DNA from: Dudresnaya verticillata
Taxonomy: Eukaryota
Direction: 5' to 3'
Assembly (NCBI GenBank): GCA_977862235.1
Contig: OZ374557.1
Location: forward strand, 2,604,001-2,668,000
Length of the DNA: 64,000 nucleotides
Shown: positions 12,954 through 25,511 of the stretch, one piece after another
Layout of the letters: every line of letters begins with the position of its first letter
How positions within the stretch are numbered: position 1 is the first letter of the stretch
Notes under the pieces: generated by a model
The model's database searches: none
What the model was told of the DNA's origin: nothing
Seen by the model: only the letters and a program-made list of their open reading frames with translations
Translations under genes and position numbers: made by a program

Positions 12954-15900
12954 AGAGGGGGAACCGGTTTCGGTTGACCCAATTACTCAGGTTGCGCCGG
13001 AACCCCCCGATCGATTCGCTGAACGCAGCTCCACTAGCACAAGCTTCCACGGCTTCTCCACGGATCGACCGGTTTCACATGAGGATGTTGCTTCTCCTAA
13101 GAAGATCTTAACCCGCCCATGGGCCTACCCCGTGGGTGTACGTATGATGAGTATTGTAAGGACTCAGTCTGTTCCCTGTCGCGCTACAACTATAAAGTTG
13201 CTGCGTCCGTCAGGACTTCTGTGGACAAACGCACTCGAGTACGATCCGCATTGGATTCAGAGGCTAGCCCTAATCTGATCCCGGCGGAAGTTCTTTCTCC
13301 GGAAGAAAAGAAGCGCATCTCGACAAACAGGTCGATCGTCAACTTGACGTCTGCGTCAAGTCATAGACTAACTACCCTTGGGACCATATCGCTGGTTGTA
13401 CGCGTGGGCTCATACACGGTTCGACAACCTTTTGTTGTCTTCAAAGTATTGGCAGTCGACGCCATTCTTGGATGCACGTTTATCGATACCCACGTCCAGG
13501 GTTTACGTGTTCGGAAATAAAACATCGTTCTCCACGACGGGTCGATACAGCCTATCCTAAGGCGCCGCTGCGGCATACCCCATGAGGGATCCCTCACGGA
13601 AGCAATGGATGTCCCACCCTTACCTAACTCGCGACTACTAAGCGTTGCTGAACGCACCAACTTACCGCCGGGCAGTGAAACATGGGTTGCCGTGACCTGC
13701 TCGGCCCAAGGAACGCACTTTCTAGAATATTTTCCTCGGTTATACGACCTCCAACACGTGGCCGTGACCAACGGTATAGTCGACCTACAATCGAATCGGC
13801 TCTTCCACGTGAAGGTTGCGAACTTCGCGCCGCGCATGCAGCAGCTTCAGAAGAATCAAAGCCTCGGAAAGGCTGTCCCGGCACCCACCCGGACACCAGT
13901 GTACGCTATTTCCATCGAGGAATCTGATCCTGGCCGCAACCTTGACATCTCCGTGTCCAGTTCGCAACCGGACACATTCCCTGATGTGGGGGGCGGGACT
14001 CGCTGCATCTCTTAGTAGCGAAGGCTCACAGACTGAAATTAAACCCGCGACGTCTACGCCGTCTCCCATGTCAGTCGATGACCTGGCGTTGGAGCACTTG
14101 TCCGACACGGATCGTCGTCGATGCGAACAATGCTCCGACCGTTCGGTGATATGTGGGACGGCCAGCTTGGAACAATCAAGGTGACCAAGCTCCGAATTGG
14201 ACTACAAGAAGGTTCCAAACCTGTATTCTCGCAACCGTATCGGTCGGGTCCGAAAGCTAGACAAGTCTAACAAGACGAAGTAGACAAGATGCTTAAAGAA
14301 GGCCTCATAGAGCCTGCTCGCACGAAGTTCGCAAGCCCCGTAGTGCTGGTCAAGAAACCCGATGGGTCACTACGTTTCTGCGTCCACTACCGCAAGCTGA
14401 ACGCTATCACAGTGAAGGATACATATCCTCTCCCGCGGATGGACGAGTGTCTGGACGCGCTGGGAAACGCCCAATACTTTACAACCTTGGATTGTAATTC
14501 CGGGTGTTGGCAAATTCCAGTCGAGGAAGAAGACAAGCACAAGACGGCTTTCACTTGCCATGCCGGATGTTTCCAGTTTTCCAGGATGCCCTTCGAGGTT
14601 TGTAACGCTCCCGCGACCTTTCAACGTACGGTTGATATCCTACTCTCCGGATTCAGGTGGAAAACCTGTTTAGTCTATTTGGACGACATCATTATATTCT
14701 CGACGACTGTCGACGAACACCTCAAACACGTGAAGGACATTCTAGAAGTACTGCAAGAAGCAGGGGTTTCGCTGAAACAAAAGAAGTGCAACTTCTTCAC
14801 GAAGAGCGTTGACTACTTAGGGCACGTGATCCGTCCAGGATTGCTAGAAGTGGCAACCAAGAATACCCAAGCCGTTGAAGGTTTAAGGAGCCGAAGACGC
14901 AAACCCAGTTACGGTAGTTTATTGGAATATGTAATGTGTACAGCGCTTCGTGCCTAACTTCGCGCATGTGGCAGCCCCACTCAGCGCACTCCTACAAAAG
15001 GATCAGGGCTTTGAGTTGCCAACGTTTGACAAACGTCAGCGTGAAGCGTTTGAACTACTCAAGAAAGCGTTAGTCGCTCCGCCGATACTCCAGCTCCCTC
15101 AAGAATTTAAGGCTCTCTCCGTTGACACGGCCGCCTGTGACTACCAAATCGGGTGCGCATTGATGCAGATGGAGGGAGATGGCACCCGACATACCATAGG
15201 GTTTTGGAGCCGCGGCCTAACGAAGGCGGAAAAGAACTACTCGGTAGGCCAGAAAGAATTCTTCGCAGTGGTCTGGGCAACGGAGATGCTTCGTCCGTAT
15301 TTGGAACGGTCCCAATTCGATCTGTATACGGATCACCAAGCTATAAAATGGATGATGAGCATGACCGATGCTTCTGGGAGGCTGGCCCGCTGGAGCCTAC
15401 GCCTGTTGGAATATGATTTACGATACAATACCGAAAAGGAAAGAAGAATCAGATCGCTGGTGCCGTCTCTCGGCTGCCAACTTACGGCTTCACCCAGTGG
15501 GAACCTGATCTCTAGATCCCCTGTTTTGTAATCGAAGACGGTCGAAGGGACGCCCGCGACGAACTGTCGCCAGCGCGGAACCGACCAACGCGTGCGCAAC
15601 CCCAACCCTTAGAGGTTTGGGAAGTCGCACCCGAGAACGACGATCTTTCGGGTGACGACCAGCTAATATCATAGGTGGCTGACAAGGCATCTAGCCAGAA
15701 GGGTCTATCTCTGATAACGGTGGAGGCGTTACTCTGATAACAGAAGTCCGACAATGTCTGTATGTGCGTCCGACGGAACCTCGAGACGGGTAAGCCCGGT
15801 TGTTATATCGAGGATAAGAGAGGAAACCTCGTGTGCAAGTCATATGTGGACCACGCGCTACAGGTACTCGTACCTAGATCGCTGAAAGAAAAGGTTCCAC

Positions 15901-17521
15901 ACCTAGCGCACTACCCGGAGTTGGCCGGAGACCCTCGGGGAACCAGGATGTATCATAACCTTAGGCGACAGGTATATTGGCCTGCGATGTCTCTCGACGT
16001 GTATGCGATAGTAAGGAATTGCGTCAAGTGCGCCCAAGAGCACGTCCAGCTTCGAAAACATACTTCCCATATGAAGTTATTCCCGGCAACGCTGCCCTTG
16101 GAATTCATAGGGCTCGACATCCTCGGGTCCCTGCCCCGTTCAAGCAAAGGAAATGCGTTCCTCCTAGTCATGACTGACAGATTCTCCGAGCGCACGCGAG
16201 CGATACAATTGGAGACAGTGACAGCCTACACGGTGGACAAGGCGTTCTGTGAGCATTGGGTTTTCATACACGATCCACCCCGTTACGTCCTTTCGGACAA
16301 TGGCTCGCAATTCGCGTCCACGTTCTTCCTCGCGGTGTGCGACATCCTTCGAATTAGGAATATGTTTACATTAACCTATCATCCGCAGACGAACGGTCAG
16401 ACAGAACGATTCAATCGTACCCTCTTAGTGGGTCTGCGACACTTCATCGCTGAAGACCAGAAGAACTGGGACGAGTTTTCCTCTGCGTTAACGTAGGCAT
16501 ATAACACTACTGTACATCGTGCTACGGGCCTGATGCCCTTCGATCAGGTGTTATCTAACCCCCGAAATACATCTTAATGGAACAAGCAGAAACAGTGGAC
16601 GTCGACCACGTGCAGGCGACTAAAGTTAAGAAGCGGCTGACTCCACGCTTAGAAAATGTGATGGATACGGCCTTACCGCGGATGAAGTTAGCGCAACGGT
16701 GCTATGAAACGAATTTCAATAATCGGATTCGACTAGCTAACCAGAAAGCGAGACCCAGGTCTTGGGTGTTCCTGGAAAGGGAGACTAAGGTGAAGGACGC
16801 TTTAGGCGTGGCCCGCGAAGGGAAGCTATTCTCAAGGCCCCTGGGCCGTATAAGGTGCTGGAACGTGGAACGCACGTCGTCATGTTAAACATCAAAGGTA
16901 GCCGAGAGACGATGTCTCTGGACCGCGTGACCTTGCCCCCCTCACCGCATGAAGAACCTGGCGCACAGGGTCAAGAACCTTCAGTATTGGACCTCTCGCC
17001 ACAAGTAAGCAGCTCTTCCCCAATCGCCACCGACGTGGATCCTAATACCCCCGAGTGGGATTCATAACCCAACTGAGGGTTCAATACCACCGAATGGGCG
17101 TGGGGAGAACGCAAATGCGGACGCAGGTCCTCACAGCTCCACGGAATGGGGAATTACCGATATTACGGTTAATACGCCTCTCGCGGTGCCGCCTAGCAAT
17201 GAAACACCAACACGAGCCCCACAAGAGACAGTGATGGCACCACCTAATTCGGATATCGATCCTAGAAATATTGATTCAGATCTCACGGCAACGGCGCCTG
17301 CGGAACGCTCTCCCTCACGGAGGTTCTCTCGTTTCAAGAAGGCGCCGCCGCGCGAGCGCGTTTACGATCGCATTGTGTCTTATGAAGTCGATCGACGCCT
17401 CTACCGCATTCGGTGGTTTCAGCTCCCAGCATCCGAAGATACCTGGGAGCCCAAGGAAACTCTTCCTCATAACTTGGGAGCAAGGTATCATCGAGTCAAA
17501 GGGATTTCCCTCCCCAAATAG
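12954..17521 (+). pseudogene. pol: E3 pol (PR-RT-RH-INT-chromodomain)
   Basis: ORF pieces 13119-13520, 13605-14015, 14289-14957, 14950-15531, 15762-16496, 16577-17067, 17186-17521 carrying canonical motifs. Confidence 0.93.
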
Positions 17522-18875
17522 GCGTCTTACGCTGGTGCATCGCTCAAGGGGAGCAAATTCGCCGAGAAGAGGCTAGTCGAACCCTGCGGATCTGGGCACC
17601 TGTTGCGAATAAGCGTCTATCGCGGCTCCCCTACTGCGTAGGGCGACCACTTCGCGCAACGATAGTAATAACAAAACGGCTGATGAGCCTATGTATAGCA
17701 ATGTGGAATGGGAATGGTCATTCCCCCTTTTCAATCTGTTGAGCTGGATGATATTGGCATGGATGGATGAATCTGGAAGCGTCAAGACTCTGGAAGTAGA
17801 TAGATGTAATAAGAAGAATCAAGATTCTGGATAGATGTGGAAAGGAATAGATGGATCAAGAATCGAGATTCTGGATGGAAGAGATGTACATACGTTGAAG
17901 ATACATATGTGAATAGAGGAAAACCCTGGAAATGGGTTGTACTAATAAGAGGGAGAATCAAGGTTCTATGCCAAGAAGCGCGGCTGTCACAGCCCAACCT
18001 AGCAGCACCCTCCGGCGATACCGGTGCTTTGACAGGGGGAATACCCCCTGATGGTGACCCTGTCTTAGGGCAACGGAGGATAATAACACACCGCTTAAGG
18101 CTCGGCAGCGAGGCCATCGCCTAACCATTGATGAGCCTTGATTACGGCTGAAAACGCGCTTCGCGTCAGCATATTACTCCAGCCGAAGGGCTATGAAGGA
18201 AAGACGGCATCCTCAAGGTGTCCCGCCAGGAGTCGGAGACCCCCGCGGCTGGTAAAGCCTTTCGTCTCAGTCCAATCTTCGACAGGATGGAAGAGATAAC
18301 GGGCGCGTGGGACGCATGCGTCTCAGCGTGACGCCAATGGGATGGCTATCCAGCAATGTAGACGGCATTGGCGCCAAAAACCTCTACAGTGTGTCATCTC
18401 GCTGTTGTAGAGAGAAGGGTCAGCCGCTGATAGGCCCTCGTAGCCTGGGAGGCGTAATGAGATACTCCATGAGGGCGCGCCAATTAGACGCAGGATGGAG
18501 CAAGTACAGTGTTCCCGACGCTACTGTGAACCAGCGTCGCCACCCCACTGACCTTATGCCGCATTGCTGGCACCCTCTCACTCCACGAGTGGCACCATGG
18601 AGGCGGACGGATCACCCAATGAGGGGTTGTCCCCCGGGGCGTGGTGATAACACCGTCGCGTGGGGTGAGGTTCCCTCCTGCCACTACGCTGGCACTGCAC
18701 AAGGCGATGAACTTCCGCCAAGTTCCCGACGGGATAGGGCGTAGTCGCCAGGTCGCACAACGCCGCCGCGTACGCCTTCCAAAGGCAAGAGAGTCAAGCA
18801 TACAAGACGAATTTATTTACAGGGCCAGCCGCTCATAAGTCTAAGGCCATAGGCCTGGGGCTAGCGCGCGACGCG

Positions 18876-21166
18876 CTAGTCAGAAAGTAGGTCAATGAAC
18901 TCGTTCTCCTCGAGCGGAGGATTGGGACCAGACGGTGCTCGAGTCGTCGTGACACGACGCACTTCGCGCACTAATCTATCCCCACGCCCACGACGAGGGC
19001 CACGACCGAGAAGAGCGCCGAGGCCATCGTGAGCCGCGCTAACACGGTCCGACGCTTGGCCCTAGATATCCATGGGTGAGCCCTTGTGATTATCATCGAC
19101 CCCATGGGTTCTATCTCATCCTCTTCCTTGAGAGTAGCTTCGTCTTCACGATGACTTCACAGGTCTCCTGACCCAACGCCGATGCCTGGGTAACGACCCC
19201 TGCAGGTGTGGCGTCGCCATCCCTCGCCTCAAAAGTATTAAGCGGAGGCCTGTGATCCGGACCGCTCCCAGCCACGGAAGGCGTCGTGGTTGTCGGAAGC
19301 CGAGGGTCAACACCCGATGAGATCTTACGCGAGATCCCCGCCTGGTCGTGATCAGCCAGTGATCCTCCTCTGGGGCCGCGGTATAAGTCGCTCCAGAAGG
19401 CCCCGCTAAAGCCGATGCAGAAGCCATGGGCTGCTGTGGCTCAGGCTGACGACTCGGTTGAGTGGGAATCTCAAGGTGATCCTCGCGTGTAATCTTACCG
19501 GCATCAGCCTCAGTGGCTTCCCGGGCATCGAGCCCTAAGTTGACACCAATCGCCCCTTGGGCTCCGGCAGCTGGGCGCTGTGGGTGACCAAGCCCCTTAC
19601 GGCTCTTCTTGCCGACTCCACCTGTTGGGTTTTCGGCTTCTGCAGCTTTAACACCACCCAAAGGTGGTAACGCCTGAAGACGCGCCCGAAGGTGGGCTTG
19701 CTCCACGGGACCCGGAGTCTCCATCAAATGCGCCTCGTACTCGGCTAAGACATCTTCGACCCATTCGGCCAGACTCGTCAAGTTGAGGTTATGAAAGTTC
19801 CAATGCACCGCCAATCGGAAGGCCAAACCTCGGCGGTTAAACACGTCGCGGCTTTCCGCATCTGCGCAATATTGGTGAGCCACTGAAGGCCCTTACGGAC
19901 CTTGTGGTTGGCCGTCGACAGTGTCGTCGAACGGCGGCACCTCTTCGAGGCTAGACGGGCCTTGATCGCGCCATTTCACGCCTATCCAATCGCGGGTGTA
20001 GCCATTCCGGCGTTCGCCTTCATCTAAGGCAATGGACCCTCCCTCGGCGGGAAGCTGGGCTAACATGAAGTCTGGTAAGACTGGTTGCCATTTATCTGGG
20101 TCGAACTTCACCCAATCACCCCGATAAAAGACGGCCGTGATGTGCCCCGTATTCTCGGGTAAGAAGCGGTTGCGCTTAGTCACTCGACTCCATCGAATAC
20201 GATCCACGAAGGAAAGGATGGCATCGAGATCGGCGGCATCTTCCGCTGTGGCGGTAAAGGCAGACGAGCGGAGGGACCGAATACAAGCCCGAAGGGGCAT
20301 TCCGATGAAGTATAGAAAGCCCGGACGGGCTTCATACAAGAAAACGTGTGTGACCATCACGACCCACTCGTGCGGGAATATCGTCCAGAGTAGGGACTCG
20401 GCGTAAGCCACATTCATCATCTCCAGACCAAGATACGCCACGATTGTAGGCGTGCCCACGGGCATCGAGTACGAGACCTCCAAAACAGCTGGTCGTCAGG
20501 CACTTGAGGATACTTGATCCGATAAAACTCCGGACGGATGGAGGTCACCTCCTGGCAATGGGCCGGAATGAAGCAGCCAGCACGATGGCGGTGACGGCGC
20601 TCGAAGCGCACTAGATCTGACGGCATGGCCGTTTGAGGGTTGCCCAGGGCATACTTAAAGTTTGAAGTCTCGTCCCAGCAGACAACCCTCGGCATCGTGT
20701 ACGGGTAGTTGTACCTTCCTTGAAGAATGAACGGCCGTTGGTGGCACATGATCCAGAGGTCGAAAATTGCAGAGCTATGGATTCTGTGGACTTCCTCGAT
20801 CCGGAAGTTGATGAGCCTCGCCAAGGCTGAAATGTAAGGGATCTCATGGCGAAAACGCGGATGAGCGAGATCCCACTTCCAAGGGTCTTCAATGGTAGTC
20901 AACACCCGGTTGAGCCCCGTGAGGAGAACAAGATGGTGACGACCGTGCGCATGCCACGTGCTGCGCTGAGCATGTCTTGCGCCGCGACGGCGGATCCCGC
21001 TGTGATCGGCTCCCGCGTTGGCCTTGATCTGGGCAAGGTCTGTGCGCACACGCCAGTCGCCGCTATTCTTGATTGTGATCGGCACTCCTGCTTCGTCCAT
21101 TTCAAAGCCGAGAAATCCAACGCTCGAATTGGCGCTTCCAAAAAACATCTGCTGGTTCGCACTCAT
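18876..21166 (-). pseudogene. aORF2: antisense accessory ORF of E3, ~760 aa reconstructed, unknown function
   Basis: ATG at 21166 (MSANQQ); ORFs 21223-20417, 20483-19893 and 19883-19146 join by one frameshift and one stop; 3' end near 18876 is tentative. Homologous motifs to aORF1. Confidence 0.8.
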
Positions 21167-22432
21167 GATTGAGTTCTTGGAAGAATAAGCCACGTCGAGG
21201 CACGTTGAAAACACTTGAGCCACAACAGTAGAGGCGAAGGGCCTTAACGAGAAGGTTGCGAAGACCTCCGGGCCTAGGTCGGATTACGGCGACGGTCAGC
21301 CAGAAAGCCACGGGCCAAACGCCGCGACACGTGACGGTCAGACAACCGGGGCCAAAGAGAAAGCGCAAAAGCGCGGATGACGGTGGCGTTGCAACGCTCT
21401 GGCACACATAGGCACCCGGCACAGAAAGACGATGCGGTTTCGAGAAAAATGAGCCACACTAGACGAAGATGACGGAGCTGGGCGTTGAGGTGCGCTGTGC
21501 CGAGATGGACGAGAAGGTCTACTGGGAACGCGCCGAATAGCGCTTGAAATAATCAGCCGTTCGAGGCTTTCGCGCGAAAACGATACTGGATGCCCGTCGA
21601 GACGGGACACCGAAGTCGGATGGGCGTACGATGATTTGTCGCCACGCGGACGTCGCGAGACGGGCGTTTTGGTGGCGGTTACACCTGCCCTCAACGGGCC
21701 GTTTGGGACGTCCACTGCGCGTCCACCCCAACCGGGCCAATGGAAACTTGCTGGCTTCGCGGGTCTCTCAGCTTTAGAGAGGGGGCCGTGTGGTACAATG
21801 AGCCGCCAGGGACTGTAAGCACGTACACGTGTTTTGCGCCTGTAATGCTCCGGTAATATTGCGCTTGGCATGCGCCTGTAAGGCGCCGCACGTACGGACG
21901 CGCTGTAAGGCCCAATGCATTGCTGGCCACTCTGTATGGCATTGCTGGGAACAGCACGACACCAATGGGATGGCTGGCCATGATTGGCTGATTTATCATG
22001 GCCTTCCGCGCAGGAGCGCGCCCGAGTCATGAGCACATTACGTGCGCAGGATGGAGTACGATCGCTCACTACCTCATTGTAACTATTAACGATAACTACG
22101 ATAGCTTAGAATATGAATAGCGGCGAAGGCGCTTTCGGCCTTCGCCATATTGTCATCCCGTCTATTTCTGAATCACCGCGGTAATTTGGATTAGAATGGT
22201 AGCTATTTTTTGCTAACATTGACCAGAAATGGTGGCCGAACCGCACAAACATTTGAAAAGCTCCGCAACCATTAGCGCACGAGCCATTTCGATCGCACCA
22301 TTGCACTTTGGGCGGCAACGTCCATTCAAAAACGGGCAGGCTTCACCCTGCGACACACGCAGACACCCACAGCACCGTCCCAACTTGCGTGGCCTACTTT
22401 CCTTTCCAAACGGTAGCCTTTAACCCTCCCGT

Positions 22433-24493
22433 ATGCCGCCGAAACACCGCGATGCTCCTCACCGAGCAGCAAGGAACAATGCAGCGGTCGAGCGCGCAAT
22501 TAATGATGTTCGCGTGGCCAAGTTCCCTTTTTTTTCGGAAAGCTGCGAGGACACATGGGGTGGCATACGCCACCTTGCATTGCATACTCAAAAGCGGAAA
22601 CATCAAGCCGAAGCCCCCTGGCCGCAGACCTGTCCTCAACGAGGGAGAAGAAGCGCTAATTAGGGACGCAGCGGCCGAGTTTTCCCGCAACGGGACACCT
22701 CTGTCGAGGGAGGGACTGAAAGACCTTGTTCGTCTCTACGTACGCCGACTTCCTCAAGACCGGCAAGCCGTGATTCCGTTCAGGGATCAGCGCCCTGGCG
22801 ACGAGTTCATCCGCAACTTTCTACGTCGTCACCCAAGCCTATCATTGAAGCGCCGAGCGTCTTTGGAAAACTACCGCGCAATCGCAATGTCGCCTGAAAA
22901 TCTCGCAAAACACTTTGCCAGACTCTGTCAGGTGTGCAAGAAGTACAAAATAACTAGCCCGGAGCAGGTATTCAACCTGGATGAAAGTGGTATATCTACT
23001 CGCACAGCATCACGGGCCCGCGCCAAGGCAGTAACCGAAACGTGCGGGAGAAGCAATTCAATTGAGATCAATTAGTCTGCAAATGCTGAGCATGTAACTA
23101 TAATGCCTGTGGTTGCTGTTGATGGGACAGCTTGGAAGCCTATCGTTATTCTGCCAGGGAAGCGCCCTAAGTGGCTTAAAAGAGGTGAGGGTACCGTGGA
23201 GACGCCATCGTCGATTTTACCTGCCAACGCTTTGGTTGGATACCGCCACCCTGCTGGAATGGACTCTTCATTGTTTGTGGAGTGGACAACTTCGTTTGCG
23301 GAAGAGACCAAGCTGCTCAGGGAGAAGCATCGTTACTTGGTTCTGACTTTGGACGGGTATGGTGCTCATGTGACTCTGGGTGATTTATCTGTGCTTCGTG
23401 ACAATCGGATAATTGTCGTTGGTCTCCCGGCCCATAACCGTCACCGAACGCAGGTGTTAGACTACAGTGTGTTCTCGCCATTCAAGACCTACATGCGTAA
23501 TGGTCTCAATAACCGAATTATGGCTCCTGCACCAGCCCTAAGAAATGACGTCTACACTATTTGTGAAATGCTCCACAATGCGTACAAAAAGGCCGTGACG
23601 TACACAAACATTGTTATCGGGTTCCGAGCGTGCGGCGTCTGGTGCCTTGAAGAGGACAACAACACAACAAGACAGCTGTCTTAGAAGATACTCCACTGGG
23701 TAGATAGTAGTTCGGTAAAGGGGTTTGTTAGATACTTGAAAGGGCTTAAAGCCCTAAGAAGAGGGGAAAACGAAAGGCGAAGCCAGCCATATAGAGCAGT
23801 TCTTCTCAGACGACGGGGCTTGTAGACGCTCAAGGGGGTTTGTAGCGGTAACAACGTAAGTATCCAAAAGGGGAAGACACAAGGCAGAGATCGCTGCCGG
23901 TTTAGTTCCGGGCCCCTGCTACTCAGGTGCCCCATCAATATGGCGAGAGCCGAAAAGGTGCTACTCGCTCAGTTAGAGTTCTAATGCACGGTGGCGTGTC
24001 AGCCTCCATCATAGAACGAGAAGACCTCACAAATTGCACAGCGTACGAATCACGCGAGGAAGCTTTTGAGAGCTTTCTTGCCTTGTATAAGCATTTTAAA
24101 GAGAACGTCAACCTGCTTAAATCAGATGGACCTGTAATGGAAACTGGTACTATCAACACGAAGAGCGGTTGCTTATTGACAGGGCAAGACGTCATAAATG
24201 CTCTCACGGAGCGACAAAAGGCAAGGGAATTCGAGGAAGCACAGCGTGTTGCCAGAGCTGCGCTTGCAGAGAGCCGAAAACTTGAGCATGAACGCTTTGC
24301 AACCGCAAAAACCGCTGAAGCCGACGCTCGAAAGAGGGAGAAAGAACGAGAGCGTGGAGAGTGCGCGGCTTTGGATCGAGAACGAGCCGAGTTTCGCCGC
24401 GTATTGAAGGAAACAAGGGATTTCCGCAGGTTCCTTCGCAGGCAGCGAAATACCAGAGAAGTCGTGGGCTACCTCCATTTTAATCAAACATAA
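22433..24493 (+). pseudogene. pogo-like transposase (HTH_psq, CENP-B-type HTH, DDE_1)
   Basis: Motifs RKAARTHGVAYATL, VFNLDESG, LTLDGYGAH, LPAHNRHRTQVLDYSVFSPFK. Disabled by a frameshift in the T-run at ~22530, a TAG at 23073 and a 338-bp insertion. Confidence 0.92.
23650..23987 (-). repeat. 338-bp inverted copy of the internal LTR segment 25150-25487
   Basis: Reverse complement appears identical by eye; the ORF track gives the same 85-aa peptide at 23681-23938(-) and 25199-25456(+). Confidence 0.95.
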
Positions 24494-24784
24494 AAGAAAT
24501 TACATGCGCCGTGATCCAGGAAATGCCCCAATCCGGTCAGTTCACGGGTTATCGACCTGTGCAGTTGAGCACCCACATCTTGGGGGCTGTTTACGGTATT
24601 AGCTTGACACTTCGTGAGCCACCGCGGCATGCGGAGGGCATCGTGTCAGCCAAAACGCAGAGTGATGGGCCTATTTGGGACGTTCTGGAGACACGTTTTG
24701 CAGTTTTGAGCCGTAATTAGCGGGGGACCGACTATTTATTGCGTCCCTGACTAGCAAGGGTCTGCTGAATAGAACCCTACGGTG

Positions 24785-25511
24785 TGTGGTACAACGCATG
24801 TTGACGACCTGTAAGGAGCCACGTGGACACGAGTCTTCCGTAAGGAATTGAAGGCGAACAACCGCCCGGGTGATATGGCTGGCTTACAGATTGATTTAAT
24901 TGCTGAAGCGCTCCTGCGCTGTAAGGCAACCCGTGTACAGCTTTAATCTGTAAGGCTTACGGGTCCAGGTGATATGGAACTATCCCATTGGGATATTAAC
25001 TATGACCGCAACATCGCCCCATGCGCACTGCTGACGGATGTTTGCACCGCGGCGCCTGACAATGCCGCCGCGTTGGCCTGGTGGCCTGACTGGTCATTCC
25101 TATCTGAGGACATATCATAACTGTATTGTACAGTATTAGCTAAGTATTAGCATTAGAACTCTAACTGAGCGAGTAGCACCTTTTCGGCTCTCGCCATATT
25201 GATGGGGCACCTGAGTAGCAGGGGCCCGGAACTAAACCGGCAGCGATCTCTGCCTTGTGTCTTCCCCTTTTGGATACTTACGTTGTTACCGCTACAAACC
25301 CCCTTGAGCGTCTACAAGCCCCGTCGTCTGAGAAGAACTGCTCTATATGGCTGGCTTCGCCTTTCGTTTTCCCCTCTTCTTAGGGCTTTAAGCCCTTTCA
25401 AGTATCTAACAAACCCCTTTACCGAACTACTATCTACCCAGTGGAGTATCTTCTAAGACAGCTGTCTTGTTGTGTTGTTGTCCTCTTTGACGTAGAAGGC
25501 ATTCTACGACA
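24785..25511 (+). repeat. Solo LTR (family B, 727 bp) nested in the E3 3' LTR
   Basis: TG...CA termini; TSD CGGTG/CGTTG (1 mismatch); homologous to the reverse complement of 31588-32083. Confidence 0.85.

Larger units (their letters stand above)
22152..24732 (+). mobile_element. pogo/Fot1-like (Tc1/mariner superfamily, DDE_1) DNA transposon
   Basis: Flanked by TATT (22148-22151, 24733-24736); imperfect TIR GTCATCCCGTCTA / TAGCGGGGGACCGAC; contains a transposase pseudogene. Confidence 0.8.

Noticed and set aside
18128..18154. Hammerhead-ribozyme-like TGATGAGCC...GGCTGAAA
   Set aside because: Lacks C3, has an extra base before GAAA, and I find no stems I/III or cleavage triplet. The CTGATGAG at 17680 has no downstream GAAA core.
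23681..25456. Two identical 85-aa ORFs
   Set aside because: By-product of the 338-bp inverted LTR duplication, not genes.
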